DNA from: Neoechinorhynchus agilis
Lineage: Eukaryota; Animalia; Acanthocephala
Assembly (NCBI GenBank): GCA_051530055.1
Contig: CM121341.1
Coordinates: 7,852,784-7,916,783 of the forward strand
Direction of reading: 5' to 3'
Length of the DNA: 64,000 nt
The notes under the pieces were generated by a model. That model worked only from the letters and a program-made list of their open reading frames with translations, was not told the DNA's origin and made no database searches. Below, one piece after another: positions 12,030 to 26,038 of the stretch (position 1 is its first letter; each line of letters begins with the position of its first letter). The position numbers and the translations under genes were made by a program.

Positions 12030-13264
12030 CGCTAATAGATTTTCTCTCGATGTAAACGGAGAGACGGAAAAAAAGGAATTCAAGATTCAAATGACGGAAA
12101 ATAACGAACATTATAAACAAAAAAGGAGTAATCCACAAATGTTGTCAAATTTTTCATTCAATAAAATATCGAAGCACTCAACGTTTCTATGGCAACGACG
12201 AAAAACGCCTTCCATTCGCTCGAGGATTCAGCATTCCACCGATAAAAATCAATTTTATCCTTAAAAGTAGAGAAAAAAATCAATTGTAATGTCGATGAGA
12301 AAAGACAAAACATTTTCCGACGGTACCAATCGTTCGCTAATAGATTTTCTCTCGATGTAAACGGAGAGACGGAAAAAAAGGAATTCAAGATTCAAATGAC
12401 GGAAAATAACGAACATTATAAACAAAAAAGGAGTAATCCACAAATGTTGTCAAATTTTTCATTCAAGAAAATATCGAAGCACTCAACGTTTCTATGGCAA
12501 CGACGAAAAACGCCTTCCATTCGCTCGAGGATTCAGCATTCCACCGATAAAAATCAATTTTATCCTTAAAAGTAGAGAAAAAAATCAATTGTAATGTCGA
12601 TGAGAAAAGACAAAACATTTTCCGACGGTACCAATCGTTCGCTAATAGATTTTCTCTCGATGTAAACGGAGAGACGGAAAAAAGGAATTCAAGATTCAAA
12701 TGACGGAAAATAACGAACATTATAAACAAAAAAGGAGTAATCCACAAATGTTGTCAAATTTTTCATTCAAGAAAATATCGAAGCACTCAACGTTTCTATG
12801 GCAACGACGAAAAACGCCTTCCATTCGCTCGAGGATTCAGCATTCCACCGATAAAAATCAATTTTATACTTAAAAGTAGAGAAAAAAATCAATTGTAATG
12901 TCGATGAGAAAAGACAAAACATTTTCCGACGGTACCAATCGTTCGCTAATAGATTTTCTCTCGATGTAAACGGAGAGACGGAAAAAAGGAATTCAAGATT
13001 CAAATGACGGAAAATAACGAACATTATAAACAAAAAAGGAGTAATCCACAAATGTTGTCAAATTTTTCATTCAAGAAAATATCGAAGCACTCAACGTTTC
13101 TATGGCAACGACGAAAAACGCCTTCCATTCGCTCGAGGATTCAGCATTCCACCGATAAAAATCAATTTTATACTTAAAAGTAGAGAAAAAAATCAATTGT
13201 AATGTCGATGAGAAAAGACAAAACATTTTCCGACGGTACCAATCGTTCGCTAATAGATTTTCTC
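12030..13264. repeat. Tandem array, 304-bp unit x ~4
   Basis: gctaatagattttctc recurs at about 12031, 12337, 12641, 12945 and 13249. Confidence 0.95.
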
Positions 13265-13709
13265 ATCCTTTTTAACAACTTTTCAGGCTTTTGAAACCTA
13301 AAATTTGCAACATTGGTCCTCAATTTTTATAAGATAATTAATATAAATGAAAAATCAACTCTCCATAAATCTAAAATGTAATGTCGAGGCCGTGAAGAAT
13401 ACAAAAAAGAAGAATAAAAGTTTGTTGGATAGCCAGAAATCTATAAAGGAAAGCTAAAAAAATTGAAATATCACAATTAGAGACGCTGAGGATAGACTGC
13501 ATAAAACGGAAAAGAGTTCTAAAAAACGGCTCATTACTTTTCTTACCAACTAGCAAAATCCGAAATTCTTAACGTTAAAGATCCAAGAAATCCATCAAAC
13601 GTCCAGGAGAGTTCAGAGCAAAAAATCGTCGGAAAGCGCTCGCCGCCCAAAAATTGCACGTTCGCAGCGTAGGTCCATGGACACGAACAAAGCGTTACGT
13701 CATCAAAAA

Positions 13710-16486
13710 AAACGTTGCTGCAAATTTGAACATAAAAAAAAGGCGAATTAAATTGTTGGGCGTCAGAACTGACCAAAATTAGAATCAAAGTATACAAATC
13801 ACCAATAAATAATCAATAGATAATGAAAAAGGCGAAAATGTTCTTGCAAATTCGAATAAAAAAAGGAGAATTAAACGGTTGGGCGTCAGAACTGACCATA
13901 ATTAGAATCAAAGTATACAAATCACCAATAAATAATCAATAGATAATAAAAAAGGCGAAAATGTTCTTGCAAATTCGAATAAAAAAAAGGAGAATTAAAC
14001 GGTTAGGCGTCAGAACTGACCAAAATTAGAATCAAAGTATACAAATCACCAATAAATAATCAATAGATAATAAAAAAAGGCGAAAATGTTGTTGCAAATT
14101 CGAATAAAAAAAGGAGAATTAAACGGTTGGGCGTCAAAACTGAATAAAATTAGAATCAGAGTATACAAATCACCAATAAATAATCAATAGATAATAAAAA
14201 AAGGCGAAAATGTTCTTGCAAATTCGAATAAAAAAAGGAGAATTAAACTGTTGGGCGTCAAAACTGAACAAAATTAGAATCAGAGTATACAAATCACCAA
14301 TAAATAATCAATAGATAATAAAAAAAGGCGAAAATGTTCTTGCAAATTCGAATAAAAAAAGGAGAATTAAATTGTTGGGCGTCAAAACTGAACAAAATTA
14401 GAATCAGAGTATACAAATCACCAATAAATAATCAATAGATAATAAAAAAGGAAAATGTTTTGCAAATTCGAATAAAAAAAGGAGAATTAAATTGTTGGGC
14501 GTCAGAACTGACAAAATTAGAATCAAAGTATACAAATCACCAATAAATAATCAATAGATAAATAACAAAGGCGAAAATATTGTTGCAAATTCGAATAAAA
14601 AAAGGAGAATTAAACGGTTAGGCGTCAGAACTGACCATAATTAGAATTAAAGTATACAAATCACCAATAAATAATCAATAGATAATAAAAAAAAGGCGAA
14701 AATGTTGTTGCAAATTCGAATAAAAAAAAGGACAATTAAACCGTTGGGCGTCAAAACTGAATAAAATTAGAATCAGAGTATACAAATCACCAATAAATAA
14801 TCAATAGATAATAAAAAAGGCGAAAATGTTCTTGCAAATTCGAATAAAAAAAAGGAGAATTAAATTGTTGGGCGTCAGAACTGACCAAAATTAGAATCAA
14901 AGTATACAAATCACCAATAAATAATCAATAGATAAATAACAAAGGCGAAAATATTGTTGCAAATTCGAATAAAAAAAGGAGAATTAAACGGTTAGGCGTC
15001 AGAACTGACCATAATTAGAATCAGAGTATACAAATCACCAATAAATAATCAATAGATAAAAAAAAGGCGAAAATGTTGTTGCAAATTCGAATAAAAAAAG
15101 GAGAATTAAACGGTTAGGCGTCAAAACTGACCATAATTAGAATCAGAGTATACAAATCACCAATAAATAATCAATAGATAATAAAAAAGGCGAAAATGTT
15201 GTTGCAAATTCGAATAAAAAAAGGAGAATTAAACGGTTAGGCGTCAGAACTGACCATAATTAGAATCAGAGTATACAAATCACCAATAAATAATCAATAG
15301 ATAATAAAAAAAGGCGAAAATGTTCTTGCAAATTCGAATAAAAAAGGAGAATTAAACTGTTGGGCGTCAAAACTGAATAAAATTAGAATCAGAGTATACA
15401 AATCACCAATAAATAATCAATAGATAATAAAAAAGGCGAAAATGTTGTTGCAAATTCGAATAAAAAAAAGGAGAATTAAATTGTTGGGCGTCAGAACTGA
15501 CCAAAATTAGAATCAAAGTATACAAATCACCAATAAATAATCAATAGATAAATAACAAAGGCGAAAATATTGTTGCAAATTCGAATAAAAAAAGGAGAAT
15601 TAAACGGTTAGGCGTCAGAACTGACCATAATTAGAATCAGAGTATACAAATCACCAATAAATAATCAATGATAAAAAAAGGAAAATGTTTTGCAATTCGA
15701 ATAAAAAAAGGAGATTAAATTGTTGGGCGTCAAAACTGAATAAAATTAGAATCAGAGTATACAAATCACCAATAAATAATCAATAGATAATAAAAAAAGG
15801 CGAAAATGTTGTTGCAAATTCGAATAAAAAAAAGGACAATTAAACCGTTGGGCGTCAAAACTGAATAAAATTAGAATCAGAGTATACAAATCACCAATAA
15901 ATAATCAATAGATAATAAAAAAGGCGAAAATGTTGTTGCAAATTCGAATAAAAAAAGGAGAATTAAACGGTTGGGCGTCAGAACTGACCATAATTAGAAT
16001 CAGAGTATACAAATCACGAATAAATAATCAATAGATAAATAACAAAGGCGAAAATATTGTTGCAAATTCGAATAAAAAAAGGAGAATTAAACGGTTAGGC
16101 GTCAGAACTGACCATAATTAGAATTAAAGTATACAAATCACCAATAAATAATCAATAGATAATAAAAAAAGGCGAAAATGTTGTTGCAAATTCGAATAAA
16201 AAAAAGGACAATTAAACCGTTGGGCGTCAAAACTGAATAAAATTAGAATCAGAGTATACAAATCACCAATAAATAATCAATAGATAAATAACAAAGGCGA
16301 AAATATTGTTGCAAATTCGAATAAAAAAAGGAGAATTAAACGGTTAGGCGTCAGAACTGACCATAATTAGAATTAAAGTATACAAATCACCAATAAATAA
16401 TCAATAGATAATAAAAAAAAGGCGAAAATGTTGTTGCAAATTCGAATAAAAAAAAGGAGAATTAAACGGTTAGGCGTCAGAACTGA
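13710..16486. repeat. AT-rich satellite, ~120-bp unit x ~23
   Basis: The unit ggcgtcagaactgacc...gtatacaaatcaccaataaataatcaatagat...gcaaattcgaataaaaaaaggagaattaaa recurs. Confidence 0.95.
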
Positions 16487-16810
16487 AAGCTTAAAAATGG
16501 ACTTCATTGAAGGAGAATTTATCAAGGCTTCGATCGGTGGTCGTTCACTAATAGATTGCGTCCTTCAAAAGACTTTATATTGATTTATCGTTTCTATTGA
16601 AGATAAAATGTCAGATTTGATCGTAAATTTCGATTTAATAGAGTCACCTGAAGAGAATTTTGACGAACTTTATAAAATGACGTAATTATATTCTGCTTTA
16701 TTTTCTTTCAGGCTACAAACCAATGGATCGTGAAAGTCGATAAACAATAAATCGGGTTTAAATTTTTTTTAAAATCGCAGTATTTTAGAATTTTTCTCAG
16801 TGTTCTGATT

Positions 16811-19800
16811 ATGGAAAGCGTGAGTAATTTTTTGAATTTTTCTCATTAAAAGGATCTCAATTATGATCGCAATGAGCAGGATTCAGTTAGTTTGCCAAGC
16901 GAAGAATCAATTTCTCAAGGTCAAAGTGTTCACAGTTTAGAAGAAGATATTTTACCAGCATTTAGAGGTTCGTTTTTATCGGAATCTCTTGGATCTCGTT
17001 AATTTATTTGTCTGTTTTGATGTTTGACCAATGAACTTTTAGAGTTATTGATTTTGAAGAAAAAAATCGATCATTTGGTAGGGTTTTTGACCTTTACTCG
17101 ATATCGACGGCTAAATTTCGGAATTATCCGAATGTAAAATATCGGTGAATTTAATTCCCAATTTCCGGTGGCAAGACATTCGACCGTCTATTTTTTTATA
17201 AGATCCGATTTTTGAAATAATCTTTTTGTTGTTACGAATCGTTGCTAAAAAACCTCTTATTTATCTGAAATCTGCGGGGTTTTTTATATTTTGATTTTAT
17301 CAATAAAATGTATTTGTTTCGAAGCGGCATTCAATTTTTTTTGCGTAAAAATTAAATTCTCAAATGAACATAAATTCGTAAAAGTGCCAGAATGTCAAAT
17401 AAAGCACTATTTTTTCAAAACAATTTTCATCAGATTTTAATGAAGTTTTGGCGGCGTCGCCGCCACAAAGTTTTTAATACACTCAAAAAATCATCATTGT
17501 GATTTTATTCACCATTATTGAATGTGAGCTCACTTTAGTATTTAATAACGAAATGGTTTAAATTTTCGATTTTTAGAAGATTAAGTTTACATTTTTAAGA
17601 ACTGTTCTAGTCTCCCATTGAAATGCTTATTTTGAATAATTTCATCAATGCTTTCAAACTTCTCCGATGTTTCACATCGGATAATTCCGACATTATCACG
17701 ACTCACGAAAATCCCGAAACCTCTGAAAAAGAGTTCCACTGTTTTCTCATTGGTAATTCCAAGTTGATGCTCGCTTTATTTTCGTCCATCGATTCCTTTT
17801 TTTAAAGAATTCCAGTAAATCTGTTAAAATTTTAATTTTCTTTGGTTAACTGACCGATTATTCGAATTTGTTTTTAACTCTTTGGATTATCGGCGAAATT
17901 TGATTTACAATCCATTTACGAAATCGCCTGATGATGGCTGTTCAGTTCAATCGATGAACGGAAATAAAGCGATCATCAGCTTGGAATTTAAAAGTTCAGG
18001 TTCCAGCCGGTCTGTTCCACAGATTTATCAAAAAATCATTCAATTTAAATGTGATCTTTTCCATGAAGACACTAATCCATATTTTTCCGTTCGTACTTAG
18101 ATTCTGAACGCGAGGAGATCGAACTGCTTGGTGGAGATGGGGACGACTATCCAGCAGACGAAGACGACGACGAGGGCGAGGACCTTTTCGGTGATAATAT
18201 GGAAAGGTGAGTTCGATTTGTAACTTTATTGCGTTTTTATATGGCGGAAAATTGAAACACTTTGTTTTTGTGGTTGGTTTTTTCGAAGGTTTCTACAATG
18301 TAATGATTTTACTTTCTGTAAGTAACTTCGCCCGCCCGGATTTAAATTCCTAGATTTGTTTCCTCGATATTTAACGTCTCGGGTAATTCCGACTTCTTGA
18401 TCAAGGTAAAATCATCTAAAATATCCTGTAGACTAGTTATTATCATGCGATCTGATCGAGAAACTTTTGTTTCTGGACTCTGTCCACTGAAACCTTTCGA
18501 GAAGAGTACCATTGTTTCCTGATTGTTAATTCCAAGTTGATGTTCGCTTTATTTTCGTAATCGATTTTTCGTGGATTTGGGGTTGTACGTTTCGTAAATC
18601 TAGGAATTTAAATCCAGGCTTAATAATCTTAGACGTAATGATTTTATTTCATTTTTTAATCAATTTTGATTGCCATACTCCTAATGCGAACTTAGGGATT
18701 ACGAAGAATTAGAAGAAGTTGACCAGTATGAATTCACGGATATTGTATCGGAATCAAGTTCAATCGTTCAGATCACGCATGAACAACGCCAAGCTGCTGA
18801 GCATGCTTTGAGGCAAAGGGATATTATTGAGCGACGTTTTGAACAAGAGGATTCTGGTGATCACGATGCATTACTTGCTTCTTTATTATATGATACGGAT
18901 GTAAATTTGGACAATGAGTATGGCTCCGCAGTTCCATCTACAAGACCTCCTGCTGATGAAATTCTTATTGAAAGCATTGAAAATTTAGGAGATACAAAAG
19001 GTCATTCCGTTCGTGATTGGATGACGATGATTGGTCCACGTACTGAAGCCTATAATCGGTTTAAGCATTTCTTAAGAATGTATAAAGACAAGGACAATGG
19101 GAAATTCGTGTACAGGGAAATATTCAAAAATGCAGTTGAGGGAAATAAACACAGTATTCTAGTCGATTTCGCCCATTTGACTGAATTCGAAGAAGTACTT
19201 GCGTTTTTTCTCCCTGAGGCGCCGATGGCAATAATTGACATATTCGATCAGGCTGCAACAGATCTTCTCTTTACCATGTATCCACATTATAGGAAAGTGG
19301 TTAAGCGTGTCAATGTCCGAATTTCAAATATTCCTCTTATGGAAGATATACGATCTCTTCGTCAGATTCATTTGAATCAACTTGTAAAGACTGCGGGCGT
19401 TATAACGAGCTCTACTGGGATTTTGCCGCAACTATGTCTTACCAAATATGACTGTATTAAATGCGGTTTTGTTCTAGGACCGTATTTCCAAAGCCAAGAA
19501 CGTGAGATGAAACCGGGTCCATGTCCCGAGTGTCAAAGTACTGGCCCATTTGATGTAAATATGCAGGAAACGGTTTATCAGAACTATCAACGAATCACTC
19601 TTCAAGAAAGTCCCGGTAAAGTTCCAGCAGGAAGATTGCCTCGATCCAAAGATGTTATACTTCTTGGAGATCTTTGTGACAAATGCAAACCCGGTGATGA
19701 AATTACTGTAACGGGCGCTTACAGAAATAGCTACGAGGGATCTCTGAATGTACAAAACGGGTTTCCGATATTTGCAACTGTAATTCAGGCTTATCATGTC

Positions 19801-21304
19801 GATAAACGAGACACAAAGTTCGATATGAATATGATGGCATTTGAGGATATTAACGAACTTATAAGGTTGTCACGCACGGAAAATATCGGCGAGCGGATTT
19901 TCGCTTCGATTGCTCCATCTATCTACGGTCATGAGAATGTTAAGAGGGCAATTGCTCTGGCTATGTTCGGAGGTCAACATAAGAATCCTGGAGGAAAACA
20001 CAGGGTTCGGGGTGACATTAACGTGCTGATTTGCGGCGATCCAGGTACCGCAAAGAGTCAGTTTTTGAAATACATCGAGAATGTTGGTCACCGAGTCGTG
20101 TTCACCACCGGACAAGGAGCTTCTGCCGTTGGTTTGACAGCTTATTTGCAAAGGAGTCCGGTAACCCACGAATGGACTCTTGAAGCCGGTGCGCTTGTTC
20201 TAGCAGATAGGGGAATTTGTCTTATAGACGAATTCGACAAAATGAGCGACCACGACCGTACAAGCATCCACGAAGCGATGGAACAACAAAGCATCAGTAT
20301 TTCTAAAGTGGGAATTGTAGCTTCGTTACAGGCTAGATGTAGCGTAATAGCGGCCGCGAATCCTATTAACGGCAGGTATGATGCATCCAGAACTTTCGCT
20401 GAAAATGTCGATCTTACCGAGCCAATTCTATCAAGATTTGATATCCTCTGCGTAGTTAGGGATCTGATCGATCCCATTGAGGATGATATTTTGGCTAAAT
20501 TTGTCACCCAAAGCCACACACAGAACCACCCATCAAATAGAAAGTCAGTTCATCCAGATCCCCTCTCACCAATCTTTCGAAATCAATCCACGGATGCCAT
20601 TACGCCCATTCCACAAGAAATTCTAAAAAAATATATTGTCTACGCTGTGGAAAAGTTCAACCCAAAATTATTTAAGCTTGACCAAGAACGAATAGCTCGC
20701 ATTTACAACGATCTCAGAAAAGAATCAATGGTTAGAATTTTTTCCAATTAATAAGAAAAGCTTACATTGTTCTAAGATAACGGGAAGTATTCCAATAACC
20801 GTCCGACACATTGAATCGATCATACGAATGGCCGAAGCCCATGCTCGAATGCACTTTAGGGATCACGTTAATGACGACGATGTGAATATGTCACTTCGTA
20901 TAATGATTGAAAGCTTTATCGATACTCAAAAATACAACGTGGTTCGACAAATGCGGAAAAATTTTCAAAAGTATTTAACTTACAAGCGGGATATCAACGA
21001 ACTTTTCTTTTTTGCTTTGCGTCAACTTGCGACTGAAAAGATGGTCTTGAATCGTGATACAGCAAGAACCGGCGATGTGCTCACGCATGGCTTTGAAATT
21101 GATGAAGCCGAATTTACTGAGAGGGTAAGTACTTAACTTATCACTGATATTACAGCATAATTTTAGCTCATAAATTATCACGATGTCACGGCTGAAGCTT
21201 TAAGAAACTTTTACCATAGTGATATATTCAGAAATCATAACTTTTCCTATGAACCCAGCAGAGCCGTCATTTGCAACTGCGGCACTAACATTTTCAATCA
21301 ATGA
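16811..21304 (+). CDS. MCM2: DNA replication licensing factor MCM2; exons 16811-16819, 16853-16967, 18101-18206, 18696-20730, 20777-21124, 21167-21304
   Basis: [15 protein letters not shown]-terminus, C4 zinc finger, GDPGTAKSQ Walker A, IDEFDKM Walker B and SRFD arginine finger. All introns are GT-AG and in phase. Confidence 0.95.
17756..17988. mobile_element. Inverted-repeat (MITE-like) element in an MCM2 intron; related sequence at about 18530 and 24020
   Basis: aattccaagttgatgctcgctttattttcgtccatcga is inverted as tcgatgaacggaaataaagcgatcatcagcttggaatt. Confidence 0.55.
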
Positions 21305-21559
21305 TCTGCTTGTATGTGTCAAAATCGAATGTTAAAAGATGAGCAATAATTACACTACTCAATGTTTTCTTTAAGAGGGAGGGGTTGAACTCTATTGAGT
21401 TTAGAAAGATGTAGTGATCATAATTTCCGGACCAAATATTTTGTACGTATTGTGCAAAAATTTCCGAAACAATAACTGACGAGGCTTCTTCTTTCGAAAT
21501 ATCTCAATGAAACATTTTTGTATCCGGCGGAGGGGGATTATATAAAAACGTTTTATTAA

Positions 21560-22050
21560 TTAAGAAGAACGATCCATACACTTGCCAGCATCTATCTTTG
21601 CTGAACGGTGTCTGGATGTCGAATGTTGGAGACAAGGGAGGTGGGACTTGTCCTTGAAGGAGTTTTACAGGAGAATGACCGATTGGGAGTTTTTCCTTGT
21701 TCTCCGGTTATTAAGGAAAGATTGGGCTTGGGGGGAGGAAAGATTTTTGGTAGAGGGTGGTACGAGCGAGGGGGGATGAAAAAGATTGGGGTTCCGGGGT
21801 GGAGGGGTTTGAAGAAGACGGAGGGCGTTTTTGGAGAGAATGGAGTGGAGGTGGGCGTCGAGGGGAGAAAGTGAAGTCCCGCTCTCTTGTAAAAGCTTTC
21901 GAGGGAATGGAGAGCATTGGCGGTGAGGAAAGTGGGGAAAGTGTAAGGAAAGGGAGTATGGCAGAGAGATAAAAGTGGGCAAGGTGTTTAGGGAATACGC
22001 CGAGACGCCGGAGGAGTTTGAGACGGTAAAGGCGAGGATTTGCTTCAGAG
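21560..22050 (-). mobile_element. 5'-truncated CR1/L2/Jockey-type LINE 3' fragment
   Basis: EANPRLYRLKLLRRLGVFPKHLAHFYLSAILPFL matches the post-RT LINE C-terminus; G-rich plus strand. Confidence 0.6.
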
Positions 22051-22909
22051 AGTGTAAATGAAATCGTTTTTTAGGTGCTCTTTTTTTGTGTAGAAATAAA
22101 TTATTGGTATTTTAGAATTTTGCTACTTTGCGTTCAACCTAAAAAATTTTATTAAATAATGTTTAAAATTTATAAAAGTTGCAATCTCGTCGATGTTTTA
22201 TGAAAAAAATCCATAAAAGAAGATAAAACCTTTTTTCGGTGGGACTAAAGAAAAGATTTCAGTTACATAGACATTATTTTTTACTTTAAACAATTTAAAG
22301 TGGGCGTCGAGGGGAACTTCTTGCATTTTTCCTTTTCGGGGTTGCGCAAAAATTCTCGCAGTTAAACGAATTCTCGCTGGTCCTCAGCGACGCAATCTTT
22401 CCACTGCTTCTTTGGTCTTCAGCGTCTTCTTTCAATCTTTGTCCATTTGATAACTTATCACAGGGAATGCCTTAATCCTTGTACGTGTTTTAGTCTGGCT
22501 GATCATGTTTTTGGTGCGGAATTTTACGGCCGGATGCTCTTTCTGACGCCAACCCTCACCTTTTATCCGGGTTTGGGAGTGGCGCCGAGTTTCCGCCATG
22601 GCTGGGTTGGATTATGATCACCAGAACCAGAAATTCTTCCAAACGATTTGGCTCTCTATCCTTTTACTCACACTTACAACTCTCGTCTCCCCAACGTTTT
22701 CTATCCTTCAGTTCCTCGCACAGCGCTCTTCCCCCACAATCTTCCAAATGCGAATCGATTCGGAGGAAAGAGCGGAAAACAACAACGTTTTGGGGCTGCA
22801 AAGATGGAACAATAAAAACCCGTCCAAGACTTACAAGTTTCACTAGACACCTGAGGTGCATACTTGTATTTTCCCTGAAATAAAACGTTTTGAGGACAAA
22901 CCTGGGAGT

Positions 22910-23125
22910 AAATGATTGGTATTATCGTTTAGAAGTTTACACCCGGTAAATGATTATTTATTAAAGACGTTCTGCGAACCTCGTCGGGTTCATCATCAGT
23001 TTGTTTGTTAGTAAAAGACGCTACTAACAAACAAACTGATAATGAACCCGACGAGGTTCGAAACGTCTTTAATAAATAATCATTTACCGGGTGTAAACAT
23101 TTAAACAATAATCCCATTATCTACT
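22910..23125. mobile_element. Inverted pair of Penelope-like pLTRs, each with a mutated minimal hammerhead
   Basis: Near-perfect arms 22935-23013 / 23022-23098. The consensus of the two arms is aaa CTGATGA t gaacc cgacga ggttc GAAA cg T C ttt, followed by AATAAA. Confidence 0.75.
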
Positions 23126-23138
23126 GAGTTTATTTTAA

Positions 23139-23414
23139 AGAATTTTTATGTGGCCCAGCCGGTAGTCTTTTGATAGATTTTTCCCTCTCCAAACACGGCC
23201 GAATGGACACATTCCACCGGAGGAAACTCACTGATGAGTCCCGCCTCCTCCTGAGGAGGTATCTGAGAATTCGGAGGGATGCGTATAACCGTACGGTCTT
23301 GGAGCATTGAGCGCTTCCCAGACCAATGAATCGGTGGTTTGCGGGTGTCCATTCGGCCGTATATATAAAAGATATCTATCAAAAGACTACCGGCTGAGCC
23401 ACATATAAAAATTC
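23139..23414. mobile_element. MITE with ~35-bp TIRs carrying an internal SINE segment
   Basis: atgtggcccagccggtagtcttttgataga / tctatcaaaagactaccggctgagccacat, with inner IR acggccgaatggacac / gtgtccattcggccgt. Confidence 0.7.
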
Positions 23415-23459
23415 TAAAAAAATCGGAACGCTAATCCAGGCCAATGTATGGCGAGGTTT

Positions 23460-23745
23460 GAACATTCCGTAGTGTGCTGAGGTGGTCTCATCCAACCAGT
23501 TAGCGTCTCAAAGGGTTCGAATCCGTTACCGCCAATGACCTACAACCTGAAAAGGGACGAAATACCTTGTTAAAGGGAGGAAACTCACTGATGAGTCCCG
23601 CCTCCTCGGGAAATATCCGAGAATCCCGATGGATTCTTACAAACTTATAACCGTACGGTCTTGGAGCATTGGGCGCAGACCAGCACTTCCCAGACCGAAA
23701 TCGGTGGACTGCGAGTGCCCATTCGGCCTACTGAGTTTAGTTTCA
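23460..23745 (+). mobile_element. tRNA-derived SINE copy (tail type A)
   Basis: B box ggttcgaatcc and central gggacgaaatacc...ggaggaaactcactgatgagtcccgcctcc shared with other copies. Confidence 0.7.
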
Positions 23746-24344
23746 GCACTGATCAATGGTATTGAGTACCATCGATTATAGATGTACGCGTTTATACAAA
23801 GCGGAATAATCTGTCGTTTGTTTCTAGATTCTAATTTAACATCTTAGATGTCCGTGAACATTTCAATCCTTGCATTCCTTATTGTTAAATAAGTAATGGA
23901 TGGTTAAATCCCTTCATTTGGTACTCATAATACGAATGATTTAAATTGACACGTCGGATAATTCTGACATTATCAAGATTCGTCGTAGCTTTATCTAGGC
24001 TCTGGCAGCGGATGTGCCCGAACTCCTGAATTCCACGTTGATACTCGCTTTATTTCCGTCCATCCTACAGATAAAAAAATCCCGAAAATAATAATCCAAT
24101 ACCAGGGATAACAAATACATCTTTTGCCTATTAAGTAGTATTGTGGCGGTTATGATAATAAAACGTTTTATTTGTTGTTGATGCACAACGAAGAGGACCC
24201 ATGTCCCCGTTTGGGTCCTCATGAACATTTAGGAGAGAAAGAAAAATTGATTTCTTTGGGATTCGGGTCAAGTTGGATGGGGATATATAGTCTGGTTGGA
24301 AGGTCCGGTATGGGTGGGAATTATCAGTTATTGATTCCAGAAGA

Positions 24345-25577
24345 TTTTTAAGTTTTTACTGGCAAGCCGGTATTGTTATCATCTTTAAATTTTAGTTTAC
24401 CCCTTTGTCCGGCTTATTTTTTTAGGCATAAATCCAAACCAATTACATCAGAGAAGTGATATAACCACATAGTCTCTAATGTCGGTTAAGAGTTTGTACA
24501 TTCCTCCGGATTCTCAGATACCTCCAGGAGGCGGGACTCATCAGTGAGTTTCCTCCCTTCAGCGGTATTTCGTCCCCTTTTTATTGTTTTCCCTTTGGCG
24601 GTAACGAATTTGAAAAAGTTGACCCAACAAACTTGAATCAAGAGCATTTGTCCACTTGACCACCTCGACACAACTACGAAATGTCAAACTCAGCAAGTTT
24701 TTCGACTCAGGGTGAGCGCTGTGTTCTATTTTTTTTAAGTTTTACTGGCAAGCCAGTATTGTTGTCATCATTCAATTTTTAGTCAATCCCTTTCTTGTCC
24801 GGCTTATTTTTTAGGCATAAATCCAAACCAATTACATCAGAGAAGTGATATAACCACATAGTCTCTAATGTCGGTTAAGAGTTTGTACATTCCTCCGGAT
24901 CCTCGGATACCTCCAGGAGGCGGGACTCATCAGTGAGTTTCCTTGTTGCAAATTTTAATAAAAAAGGAGAATTAAATTATTGGGCGTCATTACCAATAAA
25001 AAAATAGAATCAAAGTATACAAATCACCAATAAATAATCAATAGATAATAACCATTCAATTTTAGTCAATCCTTTTCTTGTCCGGCTTATTTTTTTAGGC
25101 ATAAATCCAAACCAATTACATCAGAGAAGTGATATAACCACATAGTCTCTAATGTCGGTTAATAGTTTGTACATTTCTCCGGATTCTCGGATACCTCCCG
25201 AGAATGCGGGACTCTTCAGTGAGTTTCCTCCCTTCAGCGGTATTTCGTCCCCTTTGGCTGTGCGTCATTGGTGGCAACGGATTCGAACCACTTGACCCCT
25301 AATCGGGATCACGGGCATTTGTCCACTTTACCACCTCGACACAGCTACGAAATGTCAAACTCAGCCAGTTTATCGACTCAGGGATAGCGCCGTGTTCTAT
25401 TTTTTTAAGTTTTACTGGCAAGCCGGTATTGTTATCATCTTTAAATTTTAGTTTATCCCTTTGTCCGGCTTATTTCTATCAGAGACTATGTGGTTGTATC
25501 ACTTTTCTGATGTGATTGGTTTGGCTTTATGCCTAAAAAATAAGCCGGACAAAGGGATAAACTAAAATTTAAAGATG
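24345..25577 (-). mobile_element. Cluster of SINE-containing ~385-bp units (tail type B): full and truncated copies, a satellite monomer and an inverted tail fragment
   Basis: Repeated A box tggtcaagtgg, B box ggttcgaatcc, central core and tail cattagagactatgtggttatatcacttctctgatg. Confidence 0.75.
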
Positions 25578-26038
25578 ATTCCAGAAGAGTTTGTGAGGTT
25601 GGATGGAGATGTGAAGTGTGTTAAACAAGCGACACTGAAGCTGAAAGTTCGTCCAACTTTGTTGAACAGTCCGGTATAGATGACGGATCCAGAGGGTGAC
25701 GGTAGATGACGACGAGAAACAAGAAGTCTACTGTTATTTCTAAAAGTAATTTTTTAAACCCCGGCTAGAATCTTTGACTATTTGAACTTTCATACATTTG
25801 CATTTCGGAATTTAAGAGTGCGCCTACTGTTTTTCCCCGCTTCCATCGTTTAATGAACTCGCTTCTTCTCAGCCGTCTGCTTCGAGTTAAATAAGACGGC
25901 ATTTGCCGTTCCTACCTTTCAGTTGATTTTCACTTAGCAATTTGTTATTTGGTTCACTCAACCGATAAATGAGCATAAAACCTCAGATTTCTAATTAGAT
26001 CAACCTTCGTCGCCCAATATTTAGTAGAAAAGTTACCT

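Noticed and set aside
11920-13051. ORFs in the 304-bp array
   Set aside because: They are by-products of the repeat, with no protein signature or splice structure.
13710-16486. CRISPR-like array
   Set aside because: Eukaryotic context, whole units are repeated with no unique spacers, and no cas genes are present.
21470-21515. Intact hammerhead CTGACGA...GAAATATC
   Set aside because: Stem II and stem I barely pair; it is a degenerate member of the ATAT family.
21582-21972. Plus-strand G-rich ORFs
   Set aside because: Antisense shadows of the minus-strand LINE fragment.
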